Source of the DNA: the human T2T-CHM13v2.0 reference genome, Homo sapiens
Assembly: GCF_009914755.1 (NCBI RefSeq)
Contig: NC_060927.1
Length of the DNA stretch: 64,000 nt
Strand: one strand, 5' to 3'
Shown here: in pieces, positions 17,030 through 38,554 of the stretch
How the letters are laid out: every line of letters begins with the position of its first letter
Position numbering within the stretch: the first letter of the stretch is position 1
The notes under the pieces: model-generated
Told to the model about the DNA's origin: nothing
Databases searched by the model: none
The model's input: only the letters and a program-made list of their open reading frames with translations
Made by a program: the position numbers and the translations under genes

Positions 17030-20000
17030 GCAGGGTAGGAAAGAAGTCTCCACCAATTCTCCCCTCTACCCCTGCAAGGACACCAAGTTAACAATCTACA
17101 CAGAAAAAAACACTTTTACAAAAAACAAAAATTAGATGAGCCCTCATTGTACCTGGTTTTCACTTCACATCGCTGAAAGAGGCACTGAAGAGATAGAAAA
17201 ATAAAAAAAAACAGTACTGAATCACCAACGCCCACCCTTCTCCACCCCTACCAGCAACTGCGTGGTGCTGAGAGCTTCTCTGGGAACTGGGGGAGAGAGA
17301 GCAGAGCAATTATGTAGTATTGAACTCTGTGCTGTCCTGGCAAAGCAGAAAGGAAACCTGGACCAAACTCAACTGGTGCCCGCCCACAGAGGGAACCTTA
17401 GCAGAGGGGAATCGCCCAGCCCAGAGGTCTGAACTTGAGCTCCAGTAAACCTCACCACTGAGGGCTACAGCACTGTTTGTCTCCAAATAAACTTGAAATG
17501 CCATAAAGCTCTAGGCCATAAAGACTGCAACTCATAGGTGAGTCCTTGTGTGGAACTAGGCCCAGAGACAATGGACTGAGGGGGCACACGACATACTGAG
17601 ACACCAGCTGGTGCAGCCAAGGGAGGGCTGGCATCACCCTCCTCTAACCCCAGACTGCACAGCTCACGGCTCCAAAAGAGGTGCCTTCCTTTCACTTGAG
17701 GAGAGGAGAGGGAAGAGTGGGGAAGGCTTTGCCTTGCCTCTAGGATACCAGCTCAGCCACAGCAGGAGACAGCATTGGTCAGAGTTGTGAGGCTCCTGTC
17801 ACAGGCCCTCAATCCTGGATGACACTTCTACACAACCTGGGCCGGAAGGGAACCCACTACCCTGAAGGAAAAGAGCCATTCCTGGCAGCATTCATCACCT
17901 GCTAACTGAAGAGCCCTTGTGCCCTGATGCAATATCCAGGTATTATATCAAGGGTCTTGGATGAGCCTCTGAGACTTGCTGGCTTCAGGTGAGACTCGGC
18001 ACATTACTAGCTGTGGAGGCTATGGGGAAAAACTCCTCCTGCTTGAGAAAAGCAGAGGGAAAAGTAAAGGGGACTTTGTCTTGCACCTTAGGTGCCAGCA
18101 TGGCCACAGGGGTGTAGAGTACCCAAGGCAGGCTCTTAGGGTCCCCAATTCCAAGACTTGACTCTTGGATGGAATTTCTGACCTGCCCTTGTCCAGAGAG
18201 GAGTCCACTGCCCTGAAGGGTAAGTCTCAGGTCAGGCAGCACTGACGACAAGCTGACTTAAGAAACAGTGGGCCATTAGGGAACATCAACAGTAGTCAGG
18301 AAGTACTCTTTTTGGCCTGGGGTAGCAGTGGCTACAGGGTGAGGCTTCTCTGCCTTTGGAAAAAGGAGTAAAGAGTGGGAAGAACTGCATCTTGTTGTTT
18401 GAGTGCCAGCTCAGCTGCAATAAGAGAACACCAGGTAGACTTCTAAAGTTTTTGACTCTAGTCCCTGACTTGCAGATGGCATTTTGGGACCCACCCAGGG
18501 GCTGGGGGACCTTGCTGCCCTAAAGGCAAAGACACAGGCCTGGCTGGATTTGCCACTGGCTGATTGCAGAGCCCCAGGGCCTTGAGTGAACATAGGCAGT
18601 AGCCAGGTAGTGATTAAAGCAGGTCTTGAGCGAGACCCAGTGCTGTGCTGGCTTCAGGTCTCACCCAGCACAGTCATAGTAGTAGTGGCCACTGAGGTGC
18701 TTGTGTCACTCCACCCCCAGCTTTAGGTGGCTCAGAACAGACAGAGAGACTTTGCATGTTTGGGGGACAGTAAGGGAGAGAACAAGAGTCTCTGTCTGGT
18801 AATCCGGAGAATTTTCCCAGATCTGGTCTGAGATCTGAAATGCTAAGAATACTTTAATCAGAAAGAAAAGGACAATGGGCAATGAATAGTCACCTGAAGG
18901 TACAAAACTCACTGGTAATGATAAGTGCACAGAAAACCACAGAATATCATAACACTGTAACTGTGCTGTGTAAACTACTCTTATCTGAAATAGAAAGACT
19001 AAATGATGAACCAATCAATACTAATAACTACGAATTTTCAAGGCATAATCAGTACAATAAGATATAAATAGAAACAACAAAAAGATAAAAAGCAGAGGGA
19101 CGAAGTTAAAATGTAGAGTTTTTATTAGTTTGCTTTGTGTTTGTTTATGCAAATAGCGTTGCTCTCAGCTTAAAATAATGGGTTATAAGATAGTATTTGC
19201 AAGTCTCATGGTAACCTCAAACCAAAAAACATATGAATATACAAAAAATAAAAAGCAAGAAACTAAATCATATCATCAGAGACAATCACTTTCATTAGAG
19301 GAACATAAGGAGGAAAGAGAGAAGGAAGAGAAAACCAAATAACAAATCACAAAATGGCAGGAGTAAGTCTTTACTCACCATTAATAATATTGAATTTAAA
19401 TGGATTAAACTCTTTAATCAAAGACATAGACTGGCTGAATGGGCAAAAAAACAAGACGCATTGAACTGTTATCTTCAAGAAACACACTTCACCTATAAAG
19501 GCACATATAGACTGAAACACAGAAGATAAAAGGGATGAAAAAGATATCCCACGCCAATGAAAACCAAAAAAGAGTAGGAGTCACTATACTTTTATCACAC
19601 AAAATAGATTTCGAGACAAAAACTATAAAAAGATACAAAGAACATCACCATGTAATGATAAAGGGGTCAATTCAGCAAGAGGATATAAAAAACTTTAAAT
19701 AAAAATGCAGCTACCATGGGAGCACTTTGATACATAAGGTAAATATTATTAGAACTGAAGAGAGAGATAGGCCTTGATACAATAATACCTGGCGACCTCA
19801 ACACTTCACTTTCAGCACTGGACAGAACTTCTGGAAAGAAAATCAACAAACGTCAGACTTAATCTACACTATGGACCAAGTGGATCCAATAGATATTTAC
19901 ACAATATTCCATCCAAAAGCTGCAGAATACACATTCTTTTCCTCAGCACATGAATCATTCTCAAGGATATACCATATGTTAGGTATCAAAAAATATCTTA

Positions 20001-21120
20001 AGACATTCAAAATATTGAAATAATATCAAGTGTTTTCTCTGACCACAATGAATAAAACTAGAAACTACTAACAAGAGTAATTCTGGAAACTATACAAATA
20101 CATAGAAATTAAACAATAGTCTCTTGAATGACCAGTGAGTCAGTGAAGAAATTAAGAAGGAAATTGAAAAATTACTGGAAACAAATGATAATAGAAAAAC
20201 TACACACATATGGGATACAGTAAAAGCAGTACTAAGAGGGAAGTTTATAGCTGAAAGTGCCTTCATCAAAAAAAAAAGGAACTACTTCAAATGAACAATC
20301 CAATGGTGCATCTTAAAGAACTAGAAAAGCAAGAATAAAACAAACCCAAAATTAGTAGAAGAAAAGAAATAATAAAGATCAGAGCTGAAATAAATAAAAT
20401 TGAAAAAAATACAGAAGATTAATGAAACAAAAAGTTTATTTTTGGACAAGTTAAAAGGACAAAGCTTTAGCCAGATTAAGAAAAAAAGAGAGTATATCCA
20501 AATAAATAAAATCAGAAATGAAAAAGGAGACATTACTACTGATACTGCAGAAATTCAGAAGATTGTTAATGGCTACTATGAGCAACTATATGCCAATAAG
20601 TTGGCAAATCAAGAAGAAATGAAAAAATTCCTAGATGCATACAACCCACCAAGACTGAATTGGGAAGAAATCTTGTGTTAAGCAAAATCAGCCAGGCACA
20701 AAAAGACAAACATTGCATGTTCTCACTTATTTGTAGGATCTAAGTATCAAAACAATTGAACTCATGAACATAGAGAGTGGAATGATAGTTACCAAAGGCT
20801 GGGAATGGTAGTGGGGGCCTAGCAGGGAGGTGAGGATTGTTACAAAAAAATTTACTTAAAAAGAGTAAGACTATTGTTTAATAGCACAACAGGATGACTA
20901 TAGTCAATAATAATGTAATTGTATATTTTAAAATAACTTATAGAGTGTAATTGGATTGTTTGTAACTCAAAGTGTAAATGCTTGAGGTGATGGATACCCC
21001 AGTCCCCAGGTTGTACTTATTTCACATTTTATGCTGATATCAAAACATCTCATGTACCACATAAATATATACACCTACTCTGTATCCACACACACAAGAA
21101 AATTTAAATTAAAAAATAAA
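17030..21120 (+). mobile_element. Internally deleted L1MA (L1MA2-like 3' end)
   Basis: 5'UTR 17030-18830; ORF1 end, inter-ORF and ORF2 endonuclease remnants to about 20675 ([20 protein letters not shown]); abrupt jump to an L1MA 3'UTR with A-rich tail. Confidence 0.8.
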
Positions 21121-21477
21121 GTATAACTGTATCTATTCTATCTTTAAAATAAGAATTCAGCACTGCTAAGCATATTTAAAAATAATAATGCAATTAATTC
21201 AATTACTTTTCAAAATGCCAGGTAGGCACATGTCCATGATACAAATGAATCTTATTCTTCTACCATGCTACAGAACAAGCTGCAGGAAATAGAGCCCTTT
21301 CCTCAAACCAAGGCCACTGCTCACAGCGGATTTCAACTGCTTTAAACATAGTGACAGAACTGGCAGGAAAGGCAGCGTGGTCTAGCTAACTCGACAGTGT
21401 CTGGAAGACTGATTTAGATGCAGGGAAGTCGAGCCACACACAAGCAAGATATTAAATCTGGCTTCTCTGCCAACTTA

Positions 21478-21853
<376 letters not shown>

Positions 21854-21987
21854 AGCAATTAGTGATTTTGTTAACAATTCAAACTGTTTTGTATCTTCTT
21901 CTAGCCCTGGTCAAAGGGCAGAAAACATTTTCAACGCAATAAAATATCAATGATTTTTGTTGCTGACAATTTCATGCTCATTCTTTC

Positions 21988-22293
21988 TTTCTTGTCCCCC
22001 CTCCTGCGTCCCGCGATGGAGTCTCGCTCTCTCGCCCAGGTTGGAGTGCTATGGGCAATGGCGCAATCTCGGCTCACTGCAACCCCCACCTCCCAGGTTC
22101 AAGCAATTCTCATGCCTCAGCCTCCCAAGTAGCTGGGATTACAAGCGCCCACCACCACACCTGGCTAATTTTATTGTTAGTAGAGACATGGTTTCACCAC
22201 GTTGGCCAGGCTGGTCTCCAACTCCTGACCTCAGGTGATCCGCCCACCTCGGCTTCCCAAAATGCTGTGATTACAGACATGAGCCACCTGGCC
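21988..22293 (-). mobile_element. Alu (AluS) with atypical tail
   Basis: Antisense dimer; TSD tcattctttc at 21978-21987 and 22294-22303. Confidence 0.9.
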
Positions 22294-23082
22294 TCATTCT
22301 TTCAATATCTGCATTCCCAGACTACAGTTTCCAAGGTTTCTAGTGATACTGTCTATATGAGGAGGAAATTATTAAAAAGGAAAATTCTCTGAAATTCAAG
22401 ACGTTTATGTCTTAGCACTATTACACAAAACCTCTATAATTACTTTACAAGCATTTCAGAATGTAATTATTTTTCCATTAAAATATGACACAGAACCACT
22501 CAGAGAAGATGAAAACATTTACTCCTTCAAAGTTTTAAATAAGAAATCTGAACCTTATCTTAAAGCACTATGTTAATACTCTTCTGTCTGAAACTGAGTT
22601 TTTCCTTTGACATTTCATTTTTACAGATATTTTATCCTTAGCTTCAATAAAAATTATTATCATATTTGCTCATGTGTTTCTTTCTTTCCTCAATTGTATA
22701 TTCCCTCCTCACACTGAGACGAAAATCACCAAAAATATTTCATGAAGAGTTCTAAGAATATTGAATCACGTTACTGGGGTAAAGAGAATACCAAATTAAA
22801 CAGTCATTGGTTGCTTGCTCCTGATAGAGCAAGTCTTGCAGACAAAGGAACAGAATCCAAAACAACTACAAATCCCATATATTACATTTGAATCCATCCT
22901 GCCTTTCCTCCTTCTGCCTTCCTCTTCATTTCAGTCTTCCTGTCTTTTCTCGTATTGAAATCACTGAGCTTCAAACAACAACAGAAAGTCATATTTAAGC
23001 TTCTAATCTGTATTGCTAAATCTAAGAAAAGGCATTCTTTCATTGGTTATGACTGAAGTATATTCACCTTTCAGAGGTACTT

Positions 23083-23335
23083 GAGGAGTATAGTGGTGAT
23101 CACGGCTCACTGCAGCCTCAATCTCCTGGGCTCAGGTGATCCTCCCACCCTTAGCCTCCTGGGTAGCTAGGGCTACAGGCCCATGCCACCACACTCAGCT
23201 AATTCTTGTGTTTTTTATAGAGACAGGGTTTCACCATGTTGCTCAGGCTGGTCTCAAACTCCTAGGCTCAAACAATCTATCCACCTTGGCCTCCTAAAAT
23301 GCTAGGATTACAGGCGTGGACCACCACTCCCGGCT
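23083..23335 (-). mobile_element. AluJ-like, 3'-truncated
   Basis: ctcctgggctcaggtgatcctccc J-type motif. Confidence 0.85.
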
Positions 23336-25144
23336 CTCCATTTAAAAAAAAAAAAAAAAAAAGAAAGAAAGAAATTCTACAACTATTAACCATAATTTCT
23401 TTTGATATTTCTCTTTTCTTTTGAAATATTTTTGAATAAAATTCACCCAATAATTTATCTAAGACTTTCCAAGTCAAATTGCAAAATGGCTTTTTTTTGC
23501 TCTTCAATCAAAACATAAAATCCCATAGAAGAAACTAATAGGAATTATTAATTAGAGACACAAGTGAAATTCTTTAAAAAAGAAAAAAGGAAGAAGAAAA
23601 TTAATGTAATGCTTTCGCAGGACTTCAGATAGTTCATTTTGGCATACACTAATATTAAAATACAGCTCAGTTTCTCAGCACCAATAGATAAGCAGCCAGT
23701 TCTTTTCTGCCCTTAACCCATCTCAACAAGACACTCACTCCAGCATCCTTTGATAAATAAATTATCCATTGTTCCCTACAATAATTATCACAGAGCTCAT
23801 AGTGCACAATACCATGTGCAGAAGGATACTTCGTTAAGTGTTACTGACTGCTGCTTAGTTTTGAGTGCTTCAAAGTGAACATGATAATAAACAAACCTTG
23901 AAGTGATTATTTAAAAATCTTCTTAGTCGGATGTTAGAAGTTAAGTTTCTTGGGATGGATCTAGATAACAGAATTAAACTGAAATATGCCAGTGCTTACT
24001 ATGGTGCCTACTACATAGTAATTACCTAGCAAATGTTTTTTGGGTGAATATCACATAGAAGCTCCTATCCTTGCAGCTGGTAAAGGGTTGTTAAGGTGAC
24101 TGAAAGATCTCAACAAAAGAAAGAGGCTAAATGATCAACAAATATTTATTGTATATTCACTATTTAAAAGGCATTGTGCTGGATTTCTGCTTCCAGCCAT
24201 GATGGCATAACAAGGACTGATTTTAATCTCCCACCATAAACAACTAGAAAACTGGACAAATATTAGCAACAATATTTCAGATTTTGACAATAGGCAAAGT
24301 AGAACTGTGAACCCTGAGAGAAGAGAAACAAATAAAGTGGGCCCTACAATCACTCTGACTTTCTTGGAAGAAATTTCCAAACTATCAGCACACAGAGCAG
24401 GAAACCACACAGAGCCTAGCAACCTCCAGAGTTGGAGAAACAAAGATTAGCGTTAGAGGACCATGAGGCAGCTAGAAAATGTGGGACAGAATTCTGGAAA
24501 GGCAAATAATTAGAGTCCTATTAAAAAAAAGAGAGAGAGAGAGAAAGAAGAAAGAAAACTTTGAAAAAATAACAATAGAAAAATTTCCAAGTTTAATGAA
24601 AACTACAGATCCACAAATCCAAGAATTTTAATGAATTTTAACCAGTATAAAGACATACACACATATACACACACCCCAAGAAAAACTAAGGTACATCATA
24701 ATCAAATGGCTTAAAATCAGCGATAAAGAGAAAATCTTATAAAACATTGTATTATGTGTTATACTGGATACTAAGGTGAATGAGGAATATAGTGCTTGCC
24801 CCAAGAAGGACGTTTTAATTTCCATTTATATGTAAATGTAATTTTCATGTGAGGCATTCAAATTTCCTTCTAGGCTTGGAAAGGTAAGAGGCAGGACCCA
24901 GATTCTAATGTGGGTACAGAAATTGGTAGGTTTGGTTCGCAGGGTGGGCAGCATTGCAAAGCAAGATTTTAAAGAAGAATCCAGGAGAAATGCCAAAATT
25001 GAGAACCTTGCAAATAATGCAATGAAGAGTCCATCTGAATTAGACAGAGGAAGAGGCAAAATAAAGAGTTTGATGTAAGGTGAAGTGGCAAAAAATAAAG
25101 GACGTTTCAGGAAAAACGTTGGCAAGAAAGACTCTTCTGTGGTA

Positions 25145-25448
25145 GGCCAGACACAGTGGCTCACACCTATAATCCCAGGACTGTGGGAGGCCCAGATGAG
25201 TGAATTACTTGAGGTCAGGAGTTTGAGACCAGTCTGGTCAACATGGTGAAACCCTGTCTCTACTAAAAATACAAAAATTAGCCGGGCATGGTGGCACATG
25301 CCTGTAATCCCAGCTATTCGGGAGGCTGAGGCACAAGAATCGCTGAACCTGGGAGGTAGATGTTGCAGTGAGCCAAGATCGCACCACTGCACTCCAGCCT
25401 GGGCGACAGTCTGAGTGAGAGTCCATCTCAAACAAACAAAGAAACAAA
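25145..25448 (+). mobile_element. Alu (AluSx/Sz-like)
   Basis: Full dimer with (CAAA)n tail. Confidence 0.92.
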
Positions 25449-28311
25449 CCTTTAAAAACCTTTTTTTTAAAGAAAGACTTGTCTTTAGTTGCAGAATCTG
25501 GGGTATCTCAGAATGAACAATCCTCCTCCGGAGGAGAAGATGAACTGGGAAGAGTCTATGCATTGGGCCAGGTGGGGATCTGTAATCTTCAAATAAAAAA
25601 TTCCCCAGCTGGAAATGGAAAGTTTTATAAGACGTCCTAAGATGGCTTACCATTCCACATTTTTAGACCTCAAATCCTGAAGATGGTTGCTTCAGAGAGC
25701 TGCCTGTTTCTGTCCTTTCTTTATCATTTCCATTTTCTAATGATCAAAAACCTTCTAACTAGCCAGTCTGATTGCAGTTTCTTTCTCCTCTAACCCATGC
25801 TGAACAAACTACCAAGTAAACTTTTCCTAAATACTGTCTGCATTGGGTCTGTCCAAGTTTCCTCAAAAGCCTTCGACGTTTCACGGCCAATATCTTCCAA
25901 TGTTATGTCCCCATTTGACCTATTTGTTTCTATTTCCCTAATATTCAGTGTCTGATCTATTCATGTCTACCTCTCCTTCTGTCATCATTGTGCCTGCTTG
26001 TCTATTTTGCTCATGTTGCCCACGTTCTCTTTCTCTCTCCCTCATCCATCCTTCAAGTACCACCACTGATCCTTAAAGCTTTTTCTTATGGCTTTTCAGG
26101 CTTAAGAACTACTCTAGGAGTCAAAATCTTGTTTATAAGATTTAGTAGTTAATTTTCAGTACCACTGAACAATGTTCTAATAAGGTGACTTGTGTTAGTT
26201 TCTATTTCATTCAGATATTAAGTTTTCTGAGGGTTGAGTCTATAATTAATCTTTCTTCTATAGTCTCAAATGCCTAAGACAGTTTTAAGACACATAAAAG
26301 ATCAATAAATAATTGTTGATTGATTGACACTCAAGTCCATAATTCAAATAAAGTGTTTAAAGTAAATGTGTGTGTGTGTATTCCTGTTGTTGTTCCAAAA
26401 ATTATCTGCTTGATTATAATGAATTTTTTATTCAAAGAACTGAGAAATATATAATACGAATAAGATAGCAAAGATTTTTAACTATATATGTACATCTATA
26501 TATATCTAATTTGTATTACATATGTAGTTCCTTATATATACATAAAACTTCTCTGTAGCCAATTCCTACTTTGCAGTGATTTAAGGCCAGACTGTGAAAC
26601 TGTGAAATCGGATTCCTTAGGTCATAAACATGAATCTCCACTGCTAATACTAAACTAAATTCCCATGTTCTTTTGTCAGTAGAGGAGGGAATCAAAGATC
26701 AGAATGATATGATAGACACATGGTAAGTAGCAAATCAACATTGACCTAGAGAACAATCCTTGTCCTATAACTTAAGAGACAAATGCTCACTGATAGGTTA
26801 CTTCATTGGTATGGTTGATTTTTTGGGACCCTTAAATAAAATTGAGGCAGAGTCTGCAGTGAGAGCTTCCCCATTCTCTTCCTGAACATGAAGAATATAT
26901 AGATATAATGCATCATCGGAAAAGACAATCACAATTTAAAAGCCTTACTTGTTATCTCTCCAACCCTTTCTAAGACAGCTTTCTATAGGCTTCTCTGTAT
27001 TTACTCATATTATTTAAAGGTTATGGACTCAAATAATACATTAACTTTCAGAGAACCTACTGTGAGTAAATTTCAAGAACTATCACTTTATTATTATAAT
27101 CTAGTCTTTGGCATATGTATCTAAAAAACAAATGAATATGAATACAAATAAAAGAATACAATGTTTTTCAGAAGAAGTTGAAATACCTCCATTCTGTATA
27201 TTTTTAATACTCTGATTCTTATTTTCATGTTATGAAAACTTAACACATAATTTTGTGCCTGTCACACTTAGCAGATGACCAAAAACTGTCATCTTTTGTT
27301 TTTCCTACAATTAATATCATGCAGAATTTAAAAATGTATAGAAGGTACTAAAGCCATGGTATGATTTATATCAAAGAAAAAAATGAAGAGCACATAGTTC
27401 CTCACATAGGAAATTCTTACTGTGGGCATACATTAAAGAATTAGTTTCAACCTTCTGAAACCCAAAGAGGGTAAAATTACCAAAAAGCCAACAGTTGGGT
27501 CCATGTTGACTGTCTCTTCTTCAAACTGTATTAGGAATAGCCCAATAACATTAATCTCATCTAATTTCATTAAAGTCAATGAGATTGTTAATTTTCATTC
27601 TTTTCAGTGGGCATTCTTTAGTGTAGCAATTTAGAAGTGAGAAAATTAGCATACTCAGTATCTAAACAAAGAAATATTAGTGCAGATATTGCACATCTGA
27701 ATCTCGAACCATCAGATAAAATTAAGATATTTTATGAAACTAATTCATTGGTGACTAGGTTTTAAGAAAGTTCTTGTTTTCTGTAGATACTGATTTTATA
27801 ACATAGTCTTATTACACAAAGAACTGCCACTCAAGTACTCTAGATTAGAGAAATTCAGTCATTACATCAAAAAAAAAAAGAGAAGAAAATTAAGACAATT
27901 CAATTCTAAAGGCAGTCAAACTAATATGCTTCCCATGAGAACATAAGGAAAACAAAGGAATGGTTCTGAGGGAACTTGTTAAATTCTTTTATTAAACAGC
28001 CCTGAATGTAACTAGATGAGATTAGCTAGGCTCAGAGTTGAGTTGAAGCTAAATGAATTCTATGACAATGTTTTCCTTTCTCTTAAGATTTCTTGAGCAC
28101 ATTGGTCACCTGAATTAATTGTATGAGGCATAAATTCAGAAGGAAAAAAAAAAGAAAGAAAGAATCCCTGCCAGTATTCAAGGGATAGCAGAGTCCAGGC
28201 CACAACCTCCAGAGAACCAATTATTGGTTTCTAGACTTAAAGGTTTTGTGTGAAGCATTTTCATCAAAGAATATAAATGTACAAGTCAGAGGTGACCATT
28301 TACTTTCATTA

Positions 28312-28572
<261 letters not shown>

Positions 28573-29315
28573 TTAGTTTAATAAGGAATAGCTATTAACT
28601 TAATAAGAATTTCTTCAATATTATTTAAAGGATGCAGGGTGTTATACTAAAAAACAGAACAATTATTAGTTTGGTGATACAATTACCAAAGGGCAGTCTT
28701 TTACTTGTTTTTAAGACACATTTGTCATTAAAATAGTAAGAATGAAAAGCTTTCACAATTACAAAAGGAAATTGTTCCAATTAGCCTACTTCAGAGGTCA
28801 CAGACATATTCTAGTTTCATTCAGTAAGTAATAATTTTTCATAGTTCGGGTGAAATTTGATAGGAAGACAGAAATAATTGTATCCAATATCTAGGTTTCA
28901 GAGCTGCCCTCTCTAATCCTTTTGTTATATGATACAGGCAATGAGCACTCGGTAGGAAATTGGTACTGAGAAACCCAATACTCTATGTAGGAAAATCAGA
29001 ACAATAAATTTGAAAGCATTTCATGGGATAAATGTAATCATTTAATATTAAACATTTATTCATATTAGGATCTAATAAATTAAGCATCCTATGGTGAAAA
29101 AGGTTAGCAAGATCTTTTTTTCTACATGAGAAAAGTGAGCTATACACAGACCAAAAAAACAAACAAACCCCCACACACAATTAAGATTTGTTTTTGTACG
29201 CAAGAAGACAAATTGTGACCTAATCCATCTCTTCCATGTCCAATGTGCATGTAATCCATAATGTAATTAAATTTGGAGGTCACACTCATTGCATTTTAAT
29301 TTCTACTTTAAACTA

Positions 29316-29543
<228 letters not shown>

Positions 29544-29899
29544 CTAAAGTAGCAGAGTAGAAAATCAGAAAGTAATTCTGATGGATTTAGCAAAATTAAT
29601 ATGCAAAGCAGACACGCCACTCTAATTGCCAAATCAGACTTTGTTCTCTGAGGATCCTTAACAGTATTACAGAAGTTAAGAACAGCGGCACAAATGTACC
29701 TTATCCTAACTGTGGAATCTAGCCAAGAAGAAACTTTTCCCATTAGAGGCATTTGAACATGCTTTATTTCCTATCCCTATTCCACACAGTCACCAACATC
29801 CCCATCCATGGGAGACTAGACCACTAATCACACAGGAGAGACTAAGGCACAGAGATATAGCATGATACAATCATACCAGAAACTTTACAAACCATGTTT

Positions 29900-32560
<2,661 letters not shown>

Positions 32561-32999
32561 ATTCTTTAAGATTCTATATTGAGTAAGCACAAAAGAAAGG
32601 CTAAGATTTTAGTTCAGTGCTGAAAAGAAGAAACAGTGCAAAACAAATATTATATGAAAATAACAGAATACTGCACATAGATATAAAAAAATCATCTGGA
32701 CTAGAACTATCTTTTAATTCATACAAGTTAAATATTAGCTCCAGATACTTGGCAAAAAGGAACTGGATCCAATGTCAGCAGCCACTGTGAAGGCAGCAAA
32801 GACTGAAGCATAGGCCTGAAGTTGGGCTGCCTCAGTTTACAAATCTTGGCAACCCTGATTACATCCTGGGTGACTGAGGGCAAATTACACAACTTCTCTT
32901 TGCTCAGTCTTTCATTTGTAAAGTGGGAATAATATCTACTCCATGGTGATTTTGAGAGGATGAATAGATTAGGGCATAGGAAGCTACTGAGGATGAGAA

Positions 33000-34220
33000 T
33001 GATCTATGGTTCCAAACAATAGAGCATACATTTTCCCACTAAAAATAACTTGCCTTTTTGGAGAAATGCTGATTTTAGGTCTGGCATAGGAAATATACAA
33101 GATGATTCTGGAACATTTTGTCATACCACGAAACAAAGAAGCTTTCAAGCACTGTCAGGAGTATAAAAAGACTCAGAAGCCGACTTGCATTGTTCCCACT
33201 CTCTAAAGAGGGTACAATTTTTGGTATGGGATAACAACTCAGTAGATTAAAACAAATAAAAAATTTTAAACCCATTATTTTTCAATTATACTGATAATAA
33301 TAATAATAGTACTCATTGTTTATCTTTAGAGAATATTAGAAAACCAGCTCATTATTTTGAAAACTGGCAAACAAAAGTGAAAAATTAGGCATGTATTCTG
33401 CCCTTAATTTGTACCACTTGATAACTGAAAAATTAATGGGTTTATTTCTTTCTTATAGAGGTATTCTAGCTTAAAGGAAAAGGAAATTGTGAAATTAGAA
33501 TATCATCTTCTGACCCCTAAAAAATTCATGGATCTAGGAATAATCAGCAACAACTGCTAACATCTCAGGAAGAGGAAGAACCAGGTATTTAATACCTACT
33601 GACTGAAGAAAACATAACCACCTATTCTAAACAAACTAACCACTCTGAAACGATGCAAGGCTTTACACTTGACCACCAATTCACTAGAAAAATCAGGGAA
33701 TGGCTGGACATATTAAACAACACCATGTAGACACAATCTGTAAAATCCAGAGTGTGGAAAATTCTAAAGGACAAACCTTGGTTTCTTTAACAAAAACATC
33801 AACAGCAACAGCCAAAATTTGCAAAAAAAAAAAAAAAATTAGGAACAAAGAAAAGCATGTATATCAAAAGAGACATATTAACCATTCACGATGTTTGGAC
33901 CTTATTCAGATCTTCGTTGAAACAAACTATTAATAAGACAATCAGGAAAATATGTACATGACTGGATATTTCATGATATTAAGAAAATATTGCTATGGAT
34001 ATTAAGTGTGGTAGAGGTATTTTGGCTATGCTAAAATAGAGACATCTTTTAGAAATACAGAAATATTTACAGATAAAATAATATGATGTTTTTGATCTTA
34101 AGGGGGAGGTATAGATGAAACAAGATTAGCCGTGAATTGAAAATGATTGAATACTAGGTACATCAGGTTTCTAATACTATTCTCTCTGCTTGTGGGTGCA
34201 TTTGAAAATTTTCATAGTAA
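33000..34220 (+). mobile_element. L1MC/ME-like 3' region
   Basis: Degenerate L1M 3'UTR motifs, ending tttgaaaattttcatagtaaaa. Confidence 0.55.
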
Positions 34221-34717
34221 AATCTACCATCTGCTTCATATAAATTATTACCAATATGGATACTTCAAGCTCCAACCTTCCCCATCAAAATTATTTTACT
34301 TACAGTATGTTATCTTTCTGAGAGGTATTGGTATATGAAGATGTTTAGACTGAGTGGGCCCTATCTATTAGAATGAAGACACTGACTAGCACAGTGATCA
34401 AAATTAGATAAGCAGTTCCCCTTAAATGCATTGAATCTTGCCATGCACTATAATAGCCTCTCAGCTCCACATACAGATCCACAGTCCTGCTGTAAACTAT
34501 ACAGGAGTAAAGTCCTTATAAGCTAATAATGAAGCATGGCCTCATTGAAGACAGAGCCAGGAATCTGAGTCATCAGCCACAGTGTCATTACAAGGCACCC
34601 AAGAAAACAGCTGGCACTACCTGTTCTCCCTCCAGGTCAGGAGAAAGCCACCAAGAGTAATGCAGCTTTCTGTTACTGCTAGCCAGGAGCCCTGCCCCAT
34701 AAGTTTTCCCTCTTTTA

Positions 34718-35191
<474 letters not shown>

Positions 35192-35409
35192 CTAGAAACA
35201 GGAATCCAAAAACAATAATGAGACAACAGTGAAATCATCATATGCATGAGAGAACTGTGCTACCCACAAAGGTGAATTTAATCAGCAATTCTGCCAACAT
35301 GAAAAGAAAAATATTTTTTGCTTCATAACAGTAATATACTCAAGTGAACTTAAACTGGGGAGCAAGTAACTGACAGGACTAGAAACTGACATTCTCAATC
35401 ACAAAAAGT

Positions 35410-35704
35410 CAATCACAAAAGTCCTTGTATCGGGAAGAGTAAGGCAGGAGAATATGTGATGATAGAAGCATGGAATGATGTGAGGCTGCGAGCCAAAGAA
35501 TTCAGGTTACCTCTATTTAAGCTAGAAAAGGCAAGGAAAGGTTCTCCCCTAGAACCTGCAGAAGAAAGACAATCCTGACAACTTGATTTTATCCCTGTAA
35601 AACCCATTTGGGGCTTCTGAACTCCAGAACTGTATATTAATATATTTGTGTGTTTTAAGTCATGGTTTTTGGTAATTAGTTACAGCAGCAACAGGAAATT
35701 AGTA
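35410..35704 (+). mobile_element. MLT1D-like LTR 3' part
   Basis: ttctcccctagaacctgcagaag...ttctgaactccagaactgt...gttacagcagcaacaggaaattagta. Confidence 0.7.
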
Positions 35705-38412
<2,708 letters not shown>

Positions 38413-38554
38413 TCAAGTGGTTGATGAAAATTGAGTGAATCCCTGAAGAGTGCTTAGTGAAGCCAGTAAAATTACCCCATGGTGAAACTTTAATCAAAGG
38501 GCAATAATTTAACTTCTATACATATGCCATAACAAAGAACAGTGAAGCCACATG

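Noticed and set aside
24826-25653. 275-aa minus-strand ORF
   Set aside because: Its core is antisense Alu translation; no splice or domain support.
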